Shown here: one piece after another, positions 13,916 through 27,948 of the stretch | How the letters are laid out: every line of letters begins with the position of its first letter | Position numbering within the stretch: the first letter of the stretch is position 1 | Assembly: GCF_001194135.2 (NCBI RefSeq) | Contig: NC_069002.1 | Location: forward strand, 20,997,340-21,061,339 | Reading direction: 5' to 3' | Length of the DNA stretch: 64,000 bases | Source of the DNA: Octopus bimaculoides | Taxonomy: Eukaryota | Program-made: the position numbers and the translations under genes | Notes under the pieces: model-generated | Database searches by the model: none | Told to the model about the DNA's origin: nothing | The model's input: the letters and a program-made list of their open reading frames with translations, nothing else

Positions 13916-14254
13916 TTCAGTAGTTTTATTTTTATAACGTGCTTTCACTTCACTACCGAGCGCAGCTCTGTGCGCCTTGGGTATGTGCTGTGGTTTGCTG
14001 TGGTGCTCTTATGTTTACTGTATTGAAAGTGTTTTGCGTAGGATGTGTGCAGTACCCAGTAGTGCAATTTTCTGTATGTTATATATATTTGTAAGTCCTG
14101 CTATTTTTGTTATGTATTTGTCTGAATATTTTTTTATTATACCTAAGGCACCTACTATGATAGGAATTGTTACTGTTTTTAGATTCCACATTCGAGTTAT
14201 CTCTATTTCCAGGTCTTTGTATTTTGAAAGTTTTTCCATTTCTTTTAGAGAAAC

Positions 14255-14256
<2 letters not shown>
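13916..14256 (-). mobile_element. Young 5'-truncated R4/Dong-like element (RLE C-terminus + 3' UTR)
   Basis: Uninterrupted KEMEKLSKYKDLEIEITRMWNLKTVTIPIIVGALGIIKK...QKIALLGTAHILRKTLSIQ*; 3' UTR identical to 45705-45770; (TTA)n on both sides. Confidence 0.9.
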
Positions 14257-14325
<69 letters not shown>

Positions 14326-14645
14326 CATTATCATCATCATCATCATCATCAATGTCATCGTCTCCATCCTCACCGCATTCATCATCGATAATTTCCCACG
14401 AACCTCTATCAATATTATCAGCCACTATCCGTAGAACCCAATTCCATCCATCGTCATCGTTATCAGCACCACCATAATCATCACGCTGATAATCTTCACC
14501 CTCATCCTTATCATTATCACCATCATCAACATCGTCATCATCATCTTCAACATCATCATAATTATCATCATCATCATCATCATCATCATCAACATTATCC
14601 TCATCACCGTCTTCACCATTTTCATCCTTAGCAATATTATCAATC
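14257..14645. repeat. Compound (ATT)n and degenerate (ATC)n microsatellite
   Basis: Seen directly; source of the poly-N/poly-D ORF in the track. Confidence 0.95.
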
Positions 14646-15467
14646 ACTCGATTAAACCCCAAGTGTCGCTGTTACATATTATTAGCTCCTTAGAGGATGG
14701 GAGTCAAGTGAAGTGAAATGGTTTGCTCTAGGACTGCACTCCCCCAACAAACAAAAAAAAACACTTGAATAATTACGTAGCACCCTAAACATTCATAATA
14801 TGCGTTCGGTGTTCATGCTTGGTACGTGATTTATTCCATTCCTTTCATCCGAAATATATATATATATATATANNNNNNNNNNNNNNNNNNNNNNNNNNNN
14901 NNNNNNNNNNNNNNNNNNNNNNNNNNNNNNNNNNNNNNNNNNNNNNNNNNNNNNNNNNNNNNNNNNNNNNNNNNNNNNNNNNNNNNNNNNNNNNNNNNNN
15001 NNNNNNNNNNNNNNNNNNNNNNNNNNNNNNNNNNNNNNNNNNNNNNNNNNNNNNNNNNNNNNNNNNNNNNNNNNNNNNNNNNNNNNNNNNNNNNNNNNNN
15101 NNNNNNNNNNNNNNNNNNNNNNNNNNNNNNNNNNNNNNNNNNNNNNNNNNNNNNNNNNNNNNNNNNNNNNNNNNNNNNNNNNNNNNNNNNNNNNNNNNNN
15201 NNNNNNNNNNNNNNNNNNNNNNNNNNNNNNNNNNNNNNNNNNNNNNNNNNNNNNNNNNNNNNNNNNNNNNNNNNNNNNNNNNNNNNNNNNNNNNNNNNNN
15301 NNNNNNNNNNNNNNNNNNNNNNNNNNNNNNNNNNNNNNNNNNNNNNNNNNNNNNNNNNNNNNNNNNNNNNNNNNNNNNNNNNNNNNNNNNNNNNNNNNNN
15401 NNNNNNNNNNNNNNNNNNNNNNNNNNNNNNNNNNNNNNNNNNNNNNNNNNNTATATATATATATATA

Positions 15468-15499
<32 letters not shown>

Positions 15500-15501
<2 letters not shown>

Positions 15502-16358
15502 CGTGGTCTGTTCTGATCTATAAGCATCCGGACTTTTACCATACTAACGACGCTAAAGCAGACATAGTGTGGCCGCTTGGCGATGATTGACCTTGAACTC
15601 TGCTGTGCATGCGCACTGTTTTAATATTCTGACTCCCTCTGTTTAGAGCAGTGCTTGGAAGGAAAATATGTAGCGTGTGATTGTCGCATTGACCATCACA
15701 GAGAAAGTTGTCATGGCCATACCTGACCAGAGGCCTGCGCACATTTGCACAAAGTGTGTGGAGATGAGTGTATGGGTTCGATATTAGTGTCTGAAGAGTG
15801 CAGACGTTTCCAAGATAGCCGAAAAATGTCGATATTGGCGAAAGGTCTGTAAGACCCGCAGCCAGCAGAACTGAGAAAAACATCGCAGATGAGGGTCAAG
15901 CTGCGATGGGAAATCGCTGAATGACTATCCGTGAGTTATCAGAGGATGTGAAAATTAGTTACAGTTCAGTTCAGTCCGTTATCACGGAAGATTTGGGGAT
16001 GAGACTCATGTCTGCCAAAGCTGCTTTCAGCTGCCCCAAAAAGACACTCGTGTTTCAGTTGCTCAAAATCTCCTTGATTGTGTCGAGAATGATGAAAACT
16101 GTTTCAAAAATTTGCGTAGGTCTCTGAGCAGGTATCGCCAAGCTTTTGGCAATATATCATGCAGATACACTGCTCAGATTTCTGTCATGGTCAATGCAAC
16201 GATCTTGCGCTACACACGTTCCTTCCAAGCACTGTTGTAAACAGTTGAAGAAAGCTACAACGTTAGAACTTAATAGAAGAGTTCAAAGTCAAATTGGGCC
16301 CAGCGGCTTCACTCTGCGTGCTTGAAACAGACCTCATACTTATTGATCAGAGCACGTT
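15500..16358 (+). mobile_element. Internally deleted mariner-type DNA transposon
   Basis: HTH-region peptide MTIRELSEDVKISYSSVQSVITEDLGMRLMSAK; degenerate TIRs acgtggtctg..atctataagcatccgg (15501-15531) and cctcatacttattgatcagagcacgt (16332-16357). Confidence 0.8.
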
Positions 16359-16789
16359 TATGTATGTATATATATATATATATATATNNNNNNNNNNNNN
16401 NNNNNNNNNNNNNNNNNNNNNNNNNNNNNNNNNNNNNNNNNNNNNNNNNNNNNNNNNNNNNNNNNNNNNNNNNNNNNNNNNNNNNNNNNNNNNNNNNNNN
16501 NNNNNNNNNNNNNNNNNNNNNNNGAAGAGAAATAGGTAGAAAGATAAGATGAGAGACAGAGAGAGAAAAATAGATATGGTTATGTAAGTATATAACATTT
16601 ATGTCATTATTCAGATTTACTTCAGGATTTCTATCCAATAGAGAAAGCGCCGGTCTCTAACCTAGATCCAAGGCTTTTTCATTGGAATTTCAACATCAAC
16701 AGGGTATGTATGTGTTTATGTATGTATGTATGTATGTATGTATGTATGTGTATGTATGTATGTATGTATGTATGTGTATGTATGTATAT

Positions 16790-17232
16790 ATGCCGCTTTG
16801 TTTTAGGTAGGGGCGGCCTACGTCACTACTGATGTGGAAATTATGTGTGCTGGTTATCTTCCAGGTTGTCACATCAATGTCTTGGAGTTCATCAAGCGCC
16901 CAATCAAGCAGCCCAAATGTTGGTATGAGTCCTGGCACTACAAGCACCTGGTGGGTCACAGTTTTATCGAATGCAGAGATCACGTAGGTCTACATTTTCC
17001 CTATTCGGGTGTAATATACACGTGTTTCGTCACAGGTACCATTGTAAGATATGTTTCCATCCACTCCTAGATACCTATAACATTCCTCATCAGATGTAGC
17101 GGAAAAGGTTAAGGTGTTGCTGCACCAAACTCCAACTCTATATCCTTTGAGAATATTGAAGCCAAGTCAAGACTCTTTTTTATCTCATGCATATTCTTGC
17201 CATATAGTATCAAGTTATCCACAAAGAAATAC
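16790..17232 (-). mobile_element. R4-like RT internal fragment
   Basis: FFVDNLILYGKNMHEIKKSLDLASIFSKDIELEFG (YxDD region, decayed) followed by PTFGLLDWALDELQDIDVTTWK...FHISSDVGRPYL; embedded between (TATG)n tracts. Confidence 0.75.
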
Positions 17233-17404
17233 CTATTGTATGTATGATTGTATGTATATGTGAATGCATTAATGTATGTATGCATGTATGCATGTAAGTA
17301 TGTATGTATGTATGTATGTATGTATGTATGTATATAGGTATGCATGCATGCATGCACGTAAGTATGTATGTATGTATGTATATATGTATGAAGCTAGAGA
17401 ATTA

Positions 17405-17435
17405 GGGAGAGAGAGAGGGAGAGAGAGAGAGAGAA

Positions 17436-17529
<94 letters not shown>

Positions 17530-17706
17530 AAAATTTGAAAGGGAAGGCGACTCACAAACAGATGTTGAAATGAAACAAATAGAGAAACAAACATTCTAGC
17601 TGGTAAATATTTAAATAATAAGATATTAAGCTTGCTAACTGCAAAGCCACGTAGACATGTATGTAGCTAACTTGGTAGGTATGTAGATGGTTGGATAGAT
17701 AGATAA

Positions 17707-17785
<79 letters not shown>

Positions 17786-17799
17786 AATAGAGAGGTAGG

Positions 17800-17834
<35 letters not shown>

Positions 17835-17842
17835 GTAGATAG
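17405..17842. repeat. (GA)n and (GATA)n microsatellites
   Basis: (GA)n at about 17405-17523; (GATA)n at about 17690-17842. Confidence 0.95.
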
Positions 17843-18646
17843 ATGTTAGTAGAGAAATAAATTCATAAAGGGGACAGTATTGTGTGTATAAATACGCTGA
17901 AAAATATATTCAATGTCCTGAAAAGTAATATTTTAAGTGAATTAAATATTCCACAATATCTCATTGTATATAACCCCGAAGGCCATATCATTATGCCAGT
18001 ATTAATATATTGTATGAAGGGACGGTAAATAGGAAGCNNNNNNNNNNNNNNNNNNNNNNNNNNNNNNNNNNNNNNNNNNNNNNNNNNNNNNNNNNNNNNN
18101 NNNNNNNNNNNNNNNNNNNNNNNNNNNNNNNNNNNNNNNNNNNNNNNNNNNNNNNNNNNNNNNNNNNNNNNNNNNNNNNNNNNNNNNNNNNNNNNNNNNN
18201 NNNNNNNNNNNNNNNNNNNNNNNNNNNNNNNNNNNNNNNNNNNNNNNNNNNNNNNNNNNNNNNNNNNNNNNNNNNNNNNNNNNNNNNNNNNNNNNNNNNN
18301 NNNNNNNNNNNNNNNNNNNNNNNNNNNNNNNNNNNNNNNNNNNNNNNNNNNNNNNNNNNNNNNNNNNNNNNNNNNNNNNNNNNNNNNNNNNNNNNNNNNN
18401 NNNNNNNNNNNNNNNNNNNNNNNNNNNNNNNNNNNNNNNNNNNNNNNNNNNNNNNNNNNNNNNNNNNNNNNNNNNNNNNNNNNNNNNNNNNNNNNNNNNN
18501 NNNNNNNNNNNNNNNNNNNNNNNNNNNNNNNNNNNNNNNNNNNNNNNNNNNNNNNNNNNNNNNNNNNNNNNNNNNNNNNNNNNNNNNNNNNNNNNNNNNN
18601 TATATATATATATATATTAATATTTGTAAATGTATCTATCTATCTA

Positions 18647-18693
<47 letters not shown>

Positions 18694-19497
18694 GAATAAC
18701 TATGCATGTAATATGCATGCATGTATTTTTATATATGATTAAGTATGGAAAACAGCAAGACGAATCAACGACGTTTATGAATAATTACATACGCATTGTA
18801 ATTATGTACTTATAATATGTGTGATTTTGTATATATAATAATATATTTGCGCGCGCGCTGTGTGTGTGTGTATCTGCGTGCAGTTTCAATATCAACTTTC
18901 GTTTCACGTTATCATAAGTTAGGATAAACGATGGAAACCAATTGTTCGATCCCTCAGAAGACATAAGTGAACGCTTCCCTCCGATTATCATACTTCAAAA
19001 ATAGTTCAGGGTAAAGCTAATTATTTCAGCCGGTATATCCGTGGTTTAAGCACGACTCTAATTTTACTGCGAGTTTAAATACATCTGTATTAAAGATATA
19101 AATATGAATACATCTACAAATGTATTCTTGAGACGAGTCTTAAGGGAATAAACATGAGTAGTTATATGCATCGAACCTAGTTACACAAAGTCTATAGATT
19201 AAAAACGAGCTGAATGTCATAAGGAAGTTGAATTTGTATTTATTAGATATGCGATATTATTCATATACCTATACATATGTAGATATTAAAACCGAACATA
19301 GATATTTTATATAAATATCTACTTCGGTTGCATTGAGATGAATTGAGAATGGATTATATAATCCCCTATAATATCTAAGGGAGCAGCTGTTCATATCTTT
19401 CAATATCTTTGTATCCATGACCTTAACCACGTTGTCAGGTTTCATTTTCTTAGATAAATTGATAAGCATACAAAATATAACTATGTGCATGCTATTC

Positions 19498-19569
<72 letters not shown>

Positions 19570-21969
19570 AAGAGAGAGATAGAGAAAGAGAGAATAAGCG
19601 TATATGTAGAGTATATAAATTACGTTATAGTTTGTAATGCATATGTGTGTGTATGCGTGTGTGTGTGTGTGTGCGTGCGTGCCTGTGTTTGTACAAACAC
19701 AAACAAGCATACGCACATACGCGCATGCCCATACGCACACACATCTAGAGACACGCTCTTATATAGTACAATTTGATGTCACACACACACACACATTTAA
19801 CGCAAAGGTACACTTCTTCTAAGAACACTTTGCACATCCACTTCACATTATATATGTTAATACATGCAACGAAGCCTTCAAGCCCACATCTACGATTAAA
19901 GAAATTACACATATTTAAACAACATTTATATCATATGCAATAGTGCACAGACACAGCGCACGCACACACATGTTCGCACACATGATGAAGCAACAAACCC
20001 GGACTTGTCTATTCACTGTCGTACATTCACTTACAAATATTCGACGGTTAGCAATTTAGTCTGCACCATAAAATTACGTACGACACACATACATGCACAC
20101 GGAATCACACAAGTACATACCCAAATAACAAAAGACAATCGCAATTACGCAAACAGACATGGAATACTTTTAAGCCAATCATATTCATTCAGAGAGATAC
20201 ATACATACAGAATCAAAAATAACGCAATATATATATAACTACATATAGAAACACACCAATCAACTGGGAGTTGCTGTTCTGTCTTAGCACAGTAAACCTG
20301 ACAGCGCCTCTTAACATTTCCAGTCAGCCAACGGCTGCTTTCTAGACGTCCAGAAAACGAATTATAGTTTTCCTTCGAGTTACGTACTCAAGCTTTTCCA
20401 ACGTTTGAGTCCAGGCAAACATTTTTAATATAAATGTACACTACTTCATCGCTAATTAGTGTGCCTTAAGTTTATTAACATTGCACACGCCAACAAAATT
20501 ATTATTTGTGGTTTTTCATTTATGAACGATAGTCTTTATTGAACAACCAATTCCGTGTGCGTAGCTAATGAAGCGTAACGACAAAGAATGATGTGTCTTA
20601 TTTATAGCTTGATGGCGAGTTGTTTTCATAACAATTTGCTTCCCAAGATAGATTCTACAGTGAAGGACTCTCCACATTTGAGTTTTCACGAACGTTCTAA
20701 ATATAATTATACACAGCTTTATGCTAAGCATCACTGCTTCATGATTTTGTATATGTGTATGCCTGTCTGATTGTGTGTCACTTTGTGTATGGACATGTAT
20801 ATGTATATATGGATGCATAGGTTGATTACTAACACAACAAAATATTCAACAATAGGCTACAGATGTAATTAGTTTGTACAATGGCTTTATAAATAAATAA
20901 ATACGCGGAAACATTGTATATGTGTGACATTTAGAAATATATCCCATGAATCTTTAAATCTAAAGAAACTTGATGCCATTTAGACTGAATTTTCCCTTGA
21001 TATTGTCGATCATCTTGAGAAACGTGACTCAGTTGCAATGGCTTTTAAAGAAATCAGTTTGATATTTTTCCTTCAATAACGAATCAATAAATTAAAAATA
21101 ATAACCTCAAAGCAAAACAAAAACGGTGAAATTATTTTCTTTTTGAAGCCTTAATATTTTCCATTTAAGAATTCGCGGATCAACTCACACATTGACATAT
21201 ATTCTTTGAAGGCCCCGAATTAATATGCCTGCTTGTACGTACGTGTGCATGTATATATACATGCATGTATCTAAGTATATAGGTATGTATGAATGCATAC
21301 ATATATGTATATATACATATGTGTGTATGTGTGTGTATACACACATTCATATATATATATATATGTGTGTGTGTGTCTGTGTGTGTGGGTGTGTGTGTGT
21401 GTGTGTATAAAATTATGTGTATTTTTCAGTGTGTACAAATAACACGGAGAAAATAAATTAATAGTGACCAGGGTAGCAAAAATTTACGTAAGTGCCAAGG
21501 ATGTTACAGCCTATTTATAAAGGTAGAAGTTCTAGGATTTAGTGAAATGTTTTTGGATGGCATAGATAAATTAAGAAATGGTGTTACACACTGAGATTAT
21601 TCAAATCTTTATACTTCGAAGAAAACAGTGGGATTATTCATGAGGGAATAAAATGATCTAAAATAATGTAATCATCTCGTCAGTGAAAAAAAGAAACAAA
21701 ACACATCAATAAGATATTTTAACTGACTGTCATGTTTTAGAGCATTTTATTGCCTCTGGAATAATACCAACGTTTTGTCTTTCTTTCGAAACATACGTTG
21801 GAAATATAAAGATTTTAATAACACATGCTTTTAACTCCATTTCTTAATTTATCTACACACGCACACACAGACACACACAAACACAGGCATATATATAAAN
21901 NNNNNNNNNNNNNNNNNNNNNNNNNNNNNNNNNNNNNNNNNNNNNNNNNNNNNNNNNNNNNNNNNNNNN

Positions 21970-22008
<39 letters not shown>

Positions 22009-22221
22009 AGTTGGGGATGGTCATATTGCCAGTTTAGCCAATAAAAACACACGCACTGTATATTTGGTGTTAATTTGCTTCAGCTTTATATTACATTAAT
22101 CTTAATCTTATTTCGGCCAGAAATATATATATATACACACATATATATATACACACATATATACACACATGTATATGTGAATATGTACGTGTATTTATAT
22201 TATGTATGCGTGTGTGTGTAT

Positions 22222-22435
22222 GCGTCTGTTTGTTCCAACCCACCGCTTGAGAACCAGTATTGGTGTGTTTATATCCCTGTAACATAGCGCTTCATCAAAA
22301 GCCGATTGAGTAGGTACGAGGCTTCAAAACGTAAAAGTGCTGGGGACCATTTATTCGTCTAAAATTCCTCAAAGCGGTGCCCCAGCATAGCCATAGTCTA
22401 ACAATTGAACGAAATAAAAGAATATAAATAATACC
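22222..22435 (+). mobile_element. 3' half of SINE family 3
   Basis: Homologous to the reverse complement of 37005-37220 (ccaccgcttga.aacc...tggtgtgttta..tccc.gtaac...gcggtgccccagcat.gcc). Confidence 0.75.
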
Positions 22436-22619
22436 AGAATATACATATATGTGTATGTGCATGTGCGTGTGTGTATGCGTGTATACATATATGTATTTAT
22501 ATATATATATATATATGTATGTATGCATGCATGTATGTATATGAATGAGTGAGTGGGCAAACGAAAGGAAATGGCAATCAACAAATTTAGTATGAATTAA
22601 TGCATCATTTCAAAGTTTT

Positions 22620-22780
22620 ATTCGGTTCTCTGCGATTTAGAGTTTCGCAGACCTCCAACAAATTATCGAATGGCGAGAGTCAGGAAGTCCAGGAAGGTAG
22701 CCCATCTTTTTGTCAGCTAGGCTAACAGTAGCAACCTTCTGCTCGAGGTCTGCGAAATTTTAAGTGGCCTCGAACCGAAT
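22620..22780. mobile_element. MITE-like element with imperfect 36-bp terminal inverted repeats
   Basis: 22620-22655 pairs with 22745-22780 (attcggttc...tttcgcagacctc / gaggtctgcgaaa...gaaccgaat). Confidence 0.55.
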
Positions 22781-22894
22781 CAAGCTGTTTAAATAATACA
22801 CACAAATACATACAATCAAACGCATACAAACATACACGCGTATGTTTGGAGTATTCCAGGCTCTAACATGTCATGGAAGATTTGAGGTGGGGGG

Positions 22895-24140
22895 TCATGT
22901 GATTTTTGAACGCACCGAAAAGCTGTCAGTGGATATACTCTCCTTTGCGGCTGTCGGAGCTGCGTCTAACACGACCCATAGTCTGAGGTTTTGACGCATC
23001 CTTCGGGTTTGTTGTCCTACATCACTCAAAGTAAATTTGGAGGAAATGTGGTTGTTCATTTGTAGGTAACAGGGATCAAATGAGATGAGCTTTGAACGTC
23101 GGCGTAAATCGATGTTCAACTATCTTCTTAGATGCACCAAACAATGTCATTTGAAATGCAGAGATGTATTGTCTGATATTGTTCACAAAATCCTTTGACT
23201 GGATGGAAGTGCCTTCCAAGAAATCCACAAGAAGTTGAGAAGGAGCTGGTAGTGCTGGCAATCTTACCTCATCAATTGAGCAGCACATGCCACTAGTTTC
23301 ATTGGGAAGTTTTAAAGTTTTGCAGAAACGACAATTTGAGTGTAGCACATCAATTTGGACAACATTATCACTTTTATAAGAATGGGATGGATCGTATCTG
23401 ATAGAAGCTTTAGGAGTTGTGAAGAACGAATTTGTACGTAGTCTGTTTCTGAGAGCTAATCTCTCTATAAAATGTTGTATGTGTTAGCACATGCTGCAGC
23501 ATGCATTTGCTGATCTTGGCAAAGTCTCATTTTCCTTCTGTCTTGAGTGTCTGATGCGCTGCAGCATTCGCTTACTGATACTGAGAATGTCTTATCTCGC
23601 TCCTGTTTTGAGACTCCATTTGACGTGCTGCCGCGTGCGTTCGCTGATCTTAAGAAAGTCACATCTCCCTCTCCTTTTGAAACTTTCGCCTTCGGTCTTC
23701 TACTATTCTACCGGCTTTATACTTGTTTCTGGAGAAATTACATCTTTTCTTGGGTGGCATACTTTTTTCAATATTGTAAAACCCCGACACACCACCTCAC
23801 TGTGGTGACCGTGACGGTGGAAAGTTGCCGATGCGTAATGTTGTTCACATTAGGATGTAAATTATTTATTTCAAATATAATCGAGATAAGATGACCTTAA
23901 TGCTATCACATTAGAATTCAAAATGAAAGAATGAAAGGGAAACTATTATATCACATTACAATATAGCTGTTATCCAGTGCCAATGTTATATTGTTTTAAT
24001 TCAAATGAAAAAGTATTACATGTTGACACTCACGGGGTTTGATATTACTACCTTGTAAATTTTTATTTGATTGGGTCGAGCCGCTTGAGAATGCATAAGA
24101 AATAGACAGACAGACAGACAGACAAAGAATTTTATATAGA
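22895..24140 (-). mobile_element. Helitron 5' portion (terminus + start of the RepHel ORF), decayed and 3'-truncated
   Basis: A|TCTATATAAA...(TGTC)n 5' terminus at 24140; CRFCKTLKLPNETSGMCC...VRLPALPAPSQLL...FVNNIRQYISAFQMTLFGA...PTFK and GSLLPTNEQPHFLQIYF, matching the Helitron Rep N-terminal region. Confidence 0.85.
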
Positions 24141-24262
24141 TTAGTGTAATTGTAGCAACAGTTACAATTTGGTTGGTTGATGCCGACGTTGCTTTCGTCG
24201 TTCATCAATGTTTAGCTTTGATCAGCATCTGTTCGCAGCTTATTCACTACCTGTCGCTTCAT

Positions 24263-24319
<57 letters not shown>

Positions 24320-24368
24320 NNNNNNNNNNNNNNNNNNNNNNNNNNNNNNNNNNNNNNNNNNNNNNNNN

Positions 24369-24441
<73 letters not shown>

Positions 24442-24628
24442 TGTTGATATCGTAGGTGCACCAAATTTATACTAATAATTAAGCTCAGAAAGAAGTGCGT
24501 CGAAAGATTAACTGTTGCAGGAGCCAGTTTGACATAGTGTCTTGATTGGTCAGATATTTTCGATCCCATGGTTAATATGTAACAAATCGTGATATCGCAT
24601 ATATCGGTCTGACTGCTGAATATTCCTA

Positions 24629-24678
<50 letters not shown>

Positions 24679-24719
24679 CTATACATATGTGTATGTGTGT
24701 GTGTTTATGTGTGTATGTT

Positions 24720-24753
<34 letters not shown>

Positions 24754-25924
24754 AATTTGAGTGTGTATGTTATGGCTTTCGTTAAAGTTCACAATAAAAC
24801 ACCACTGTTTCTCATACTTATTTCTATAGTTTCTTTATCCAAACATTTCTATATTTCTCTATGTAACAGTCATTTGCTTTGTAACGCTTCTGTAAGTTTG
24901 AATAAATGTCGCGCCAGGTGTGTTAAATTAGATATTTACATCCTATATACCGATAAATGTATTTATACTGCTCCACAAATAATGTTCATGTCAAATTTAA
25001 TGTAACGTTATTACTACTGGTGTCCATAAAACAAATATAGTATTTTGAATTGATTTTATATATTTTCCGCAATGTTTGTTAGATTTTTAGTTTAGAATTT
25101 TTGAATTCTTTTAACAAAGTTCAACCTAAATAATTTTACACAAAAATACTCAAGGGGATTGTAACAAACAACAAGTAATCATGTAATCTAAGCGTTCTGA
25201 AAAACCATGTTCTTGTAACAGTTGTTATATTCTGCCATTAACAATTGTCCTGTTCAGAGAAATGTACGAAACATCATCATTTATCAGCTTCCACAAATGA
25301 AAAGCATTCCAGTATGTGATGTAGTCACGTATATATTCTGCAGTTATTTATAAACAAACGCACACACACGCACACGCACACTCATACACCAACATTTACA
25401 TATGTGTGTGTATATGTGCGTGTGTGTTTATGTGTGTGTGTGTGTATGTTTGTGTATCCATCCATATTTAAATATAGAAATATGCACATATAGCAACAAC
25501 AGCAACAATTTTGGAAAAAGTATACGGAACGATAGAAAGTAATTTAAGGAGGAAGCTGAATGGTTAGGAAGAAGAGAAGAAAGAATGTCTGAGGCTGAAG
25601 TACAGGAATGGGAAGATATTGCGATGCAGGAAACTAACCCCAGCTCTATCTAAATGACATAAGTAGAAGTCTCGCAAACCTCTGACTTAATAATCTCACA
25701 TCATCGCATTAATTGAATATTAGCTTGATATCATCAGGAACCTCAACATGTCTCCCAAAGTAGTTCACATTAAGAATAACAAAACAACCCCTAAAACGAG
25801 CGACACATGAAAACCAAAATAACTTCACGCCGATCATTTGTTAGACAACTATGTATAAAATACAATCATCCACGTTGAATCGATGTACAATTTCTCAATC
25901 AAAACATCCTTTCTCTTGAACCGA

Positions 25925-27420
25925 AAGGATGCAAAAGAGACACATGCAGTTGCAAATATCAGCTATTAATAAACCGTATGTAATCAAATATTGCCCACTG
26001 GAAAAATGGTACCATGGTACAGCATGGATTGACTTTTATGATGCGTTTGACATTATCCCACATAGATGGAATTTAAAGGGACTAAATCTCTCCTCTGGTA
26101 AAAGGTTTTCTGCAACAAAGTATGGAATTGTCGAACAAGAAATTTTTTCTCAATCATTAGGAAGGCTTGAATGTGTCAGATAATATCAAAATAGATCGTT
26201 AAATATTCCAGGGCGATTCACTCTCCCCTCTTCTCTTCTGCCTTTCCCTCATTCCCTTGTACCATGAGTTGAATAGTTGAATAGAACAAATGACAGGTAC
26301 AAAATGTCACACTTGTTCCACATGGATGAGCTGAAAGATTCTGAAAGGGTTACTGATAACTGCAAAACTTTAGTTATGACATCAGTATGGAATTTGTCCT
26401 AGACAAGTGTACAAAAAGCTACCTTCAAACACGGTAAACTGACAGCCAATACCTCGACCCAACTTGATAATGATACAACAATTAAAGGATCTGGATCACG
26501 AAAGCTTTTAAGAGTATCTTCGGGTAAACGAGAGAAAAGAGTTTCAACCAGGTTCAATGAAAGTGAGGATCGGGAAAGACGTGTTAGAATGTTCCTCAAT
26601 AATGAGCTGAACTCCCAAATAGAATTGAAGCTATAAACTCGCTGCCGGTACCGTTTGTCCATTATTTTCTTAATGTCATTAATTGGAATTTGAGTGAACT
26701 CCAACGTATGGACATAAAGAATATTGACATTGAACGCGATGAATCACCCAAAATCAGACGTCCAGAGGATCTATCTCCCACGAAAAGAGGGCAGTAAAAG
26801 CTTAATCCAACTTGAAATATCCTATAAAACGATCACGATAGAACTTCAAATGTACATCCAAAGTAATACCAACTGGATAACACGACTAGTAAGGCAACAC
26901 AGATCAAGAAAAAGCACTCAATCTCAAAGGAGGTATGCAAATACAGACGCGAGTTTAACCTTCCTGTTCATGATGATAATAATGAGGAAACAGCACCCAC
27001 TAAAGCAGCAAATGTGTAAGACAAAGGCCAAACAGGACAGCCTGAAGGAAATATCGGGATTGTGGCAATACGTAAAACGAGCTGGGGAAGCTGATGTAGA
27101 TATCAGAAGAACCCATCTGTGACTGCAGCCAAAACAGAAGGATTTATACTAGCGGCACAAGATCATAGTTTCCTCACCCGGAACTATCAAGCTTAATATC
27201 CTGCACAATGGCGCAGACACTAACTGTGGACTCTGAGATGACAAGCTTGAGAGCACCGACCAACTGCTGCAGAATATATAAAACCAAGCATGATCGAGTT
27301 GATCAATACGTGCACTGGGGAATATACCATCACTATGATATCCTGCACCCTTACAACTGGTATGGACACCTATTAAGAATTTAGTCTGCTTAAAAATGCA
27401 AGTAGAACCATTTAATGTTA
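25925..27420 (+). mobile_element. Degenerate R4/Dong-like retrotransposon (RT domains 3-7, thumb, CCHC region)
   Basis: AWIDFYDAFDIIPHRW, IFQGDSLSPLLFCLSLIPL, HLFHMDELK (catalytic DD changed to DE), HPKSDVQRIYLPRKEG, KTEGFILAAQD; many frameshifts. Confidence 0.9.
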
Positions 27421-27759
27421 CCTGTGAAATAAAAGACGAAGTGCGAGGGAAGCAGCAAAATAAATTAATGATGCGATAAGCCCAGGAAATATCAACAAAA
27501 ACAGCGGCACAAAACAGGTTCAAAGGTTTCACGGAAGTTGACATCAGCCTCGAAGAGAAATCAAGTTCCGAGATAGATACAACTCAAAACAACAATCCAA
27601 ATCCAAAATATAGAAACAAAGAAGCTAACACACACAAAAAATCTCTTGTCAGGATGACAATAAATTACAATCCTATCTTGAAGCTCAGATTATTGGGAAG
27701 AAAAGGAAAGAGAGAATAAAATTACGCGTTTAGAGATAATGGCTGGAACTTTTGGGACA

Positions 27760-27948
27760 AAGCTAGAAATTTGGGGGGAGGCAGTAAGATGATGATATTG
27801 ACCCCAGTGTTCAACTAGTACTTATGTCACTGACCCCGAACGGATGTAACGTCGATTTCGGTGGAATTTGAACTCTGAACATAAAGACATGAAAGTGCAG
27901 CTAAGTATTTAACTGGGTGTGCTAACGATTCTGCAAGCTGACCGCCTA
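27760..27948 (-). mobile_element. SINE family 2 copy
   Basis: ggaatttgaactctgaac...gctaacgattctgc.agct.accgcct motif shared with the copies at 30.8, 31.0, 43.7, 43.9, 46.8 and 49.0 kb. Confidence 0.8.
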
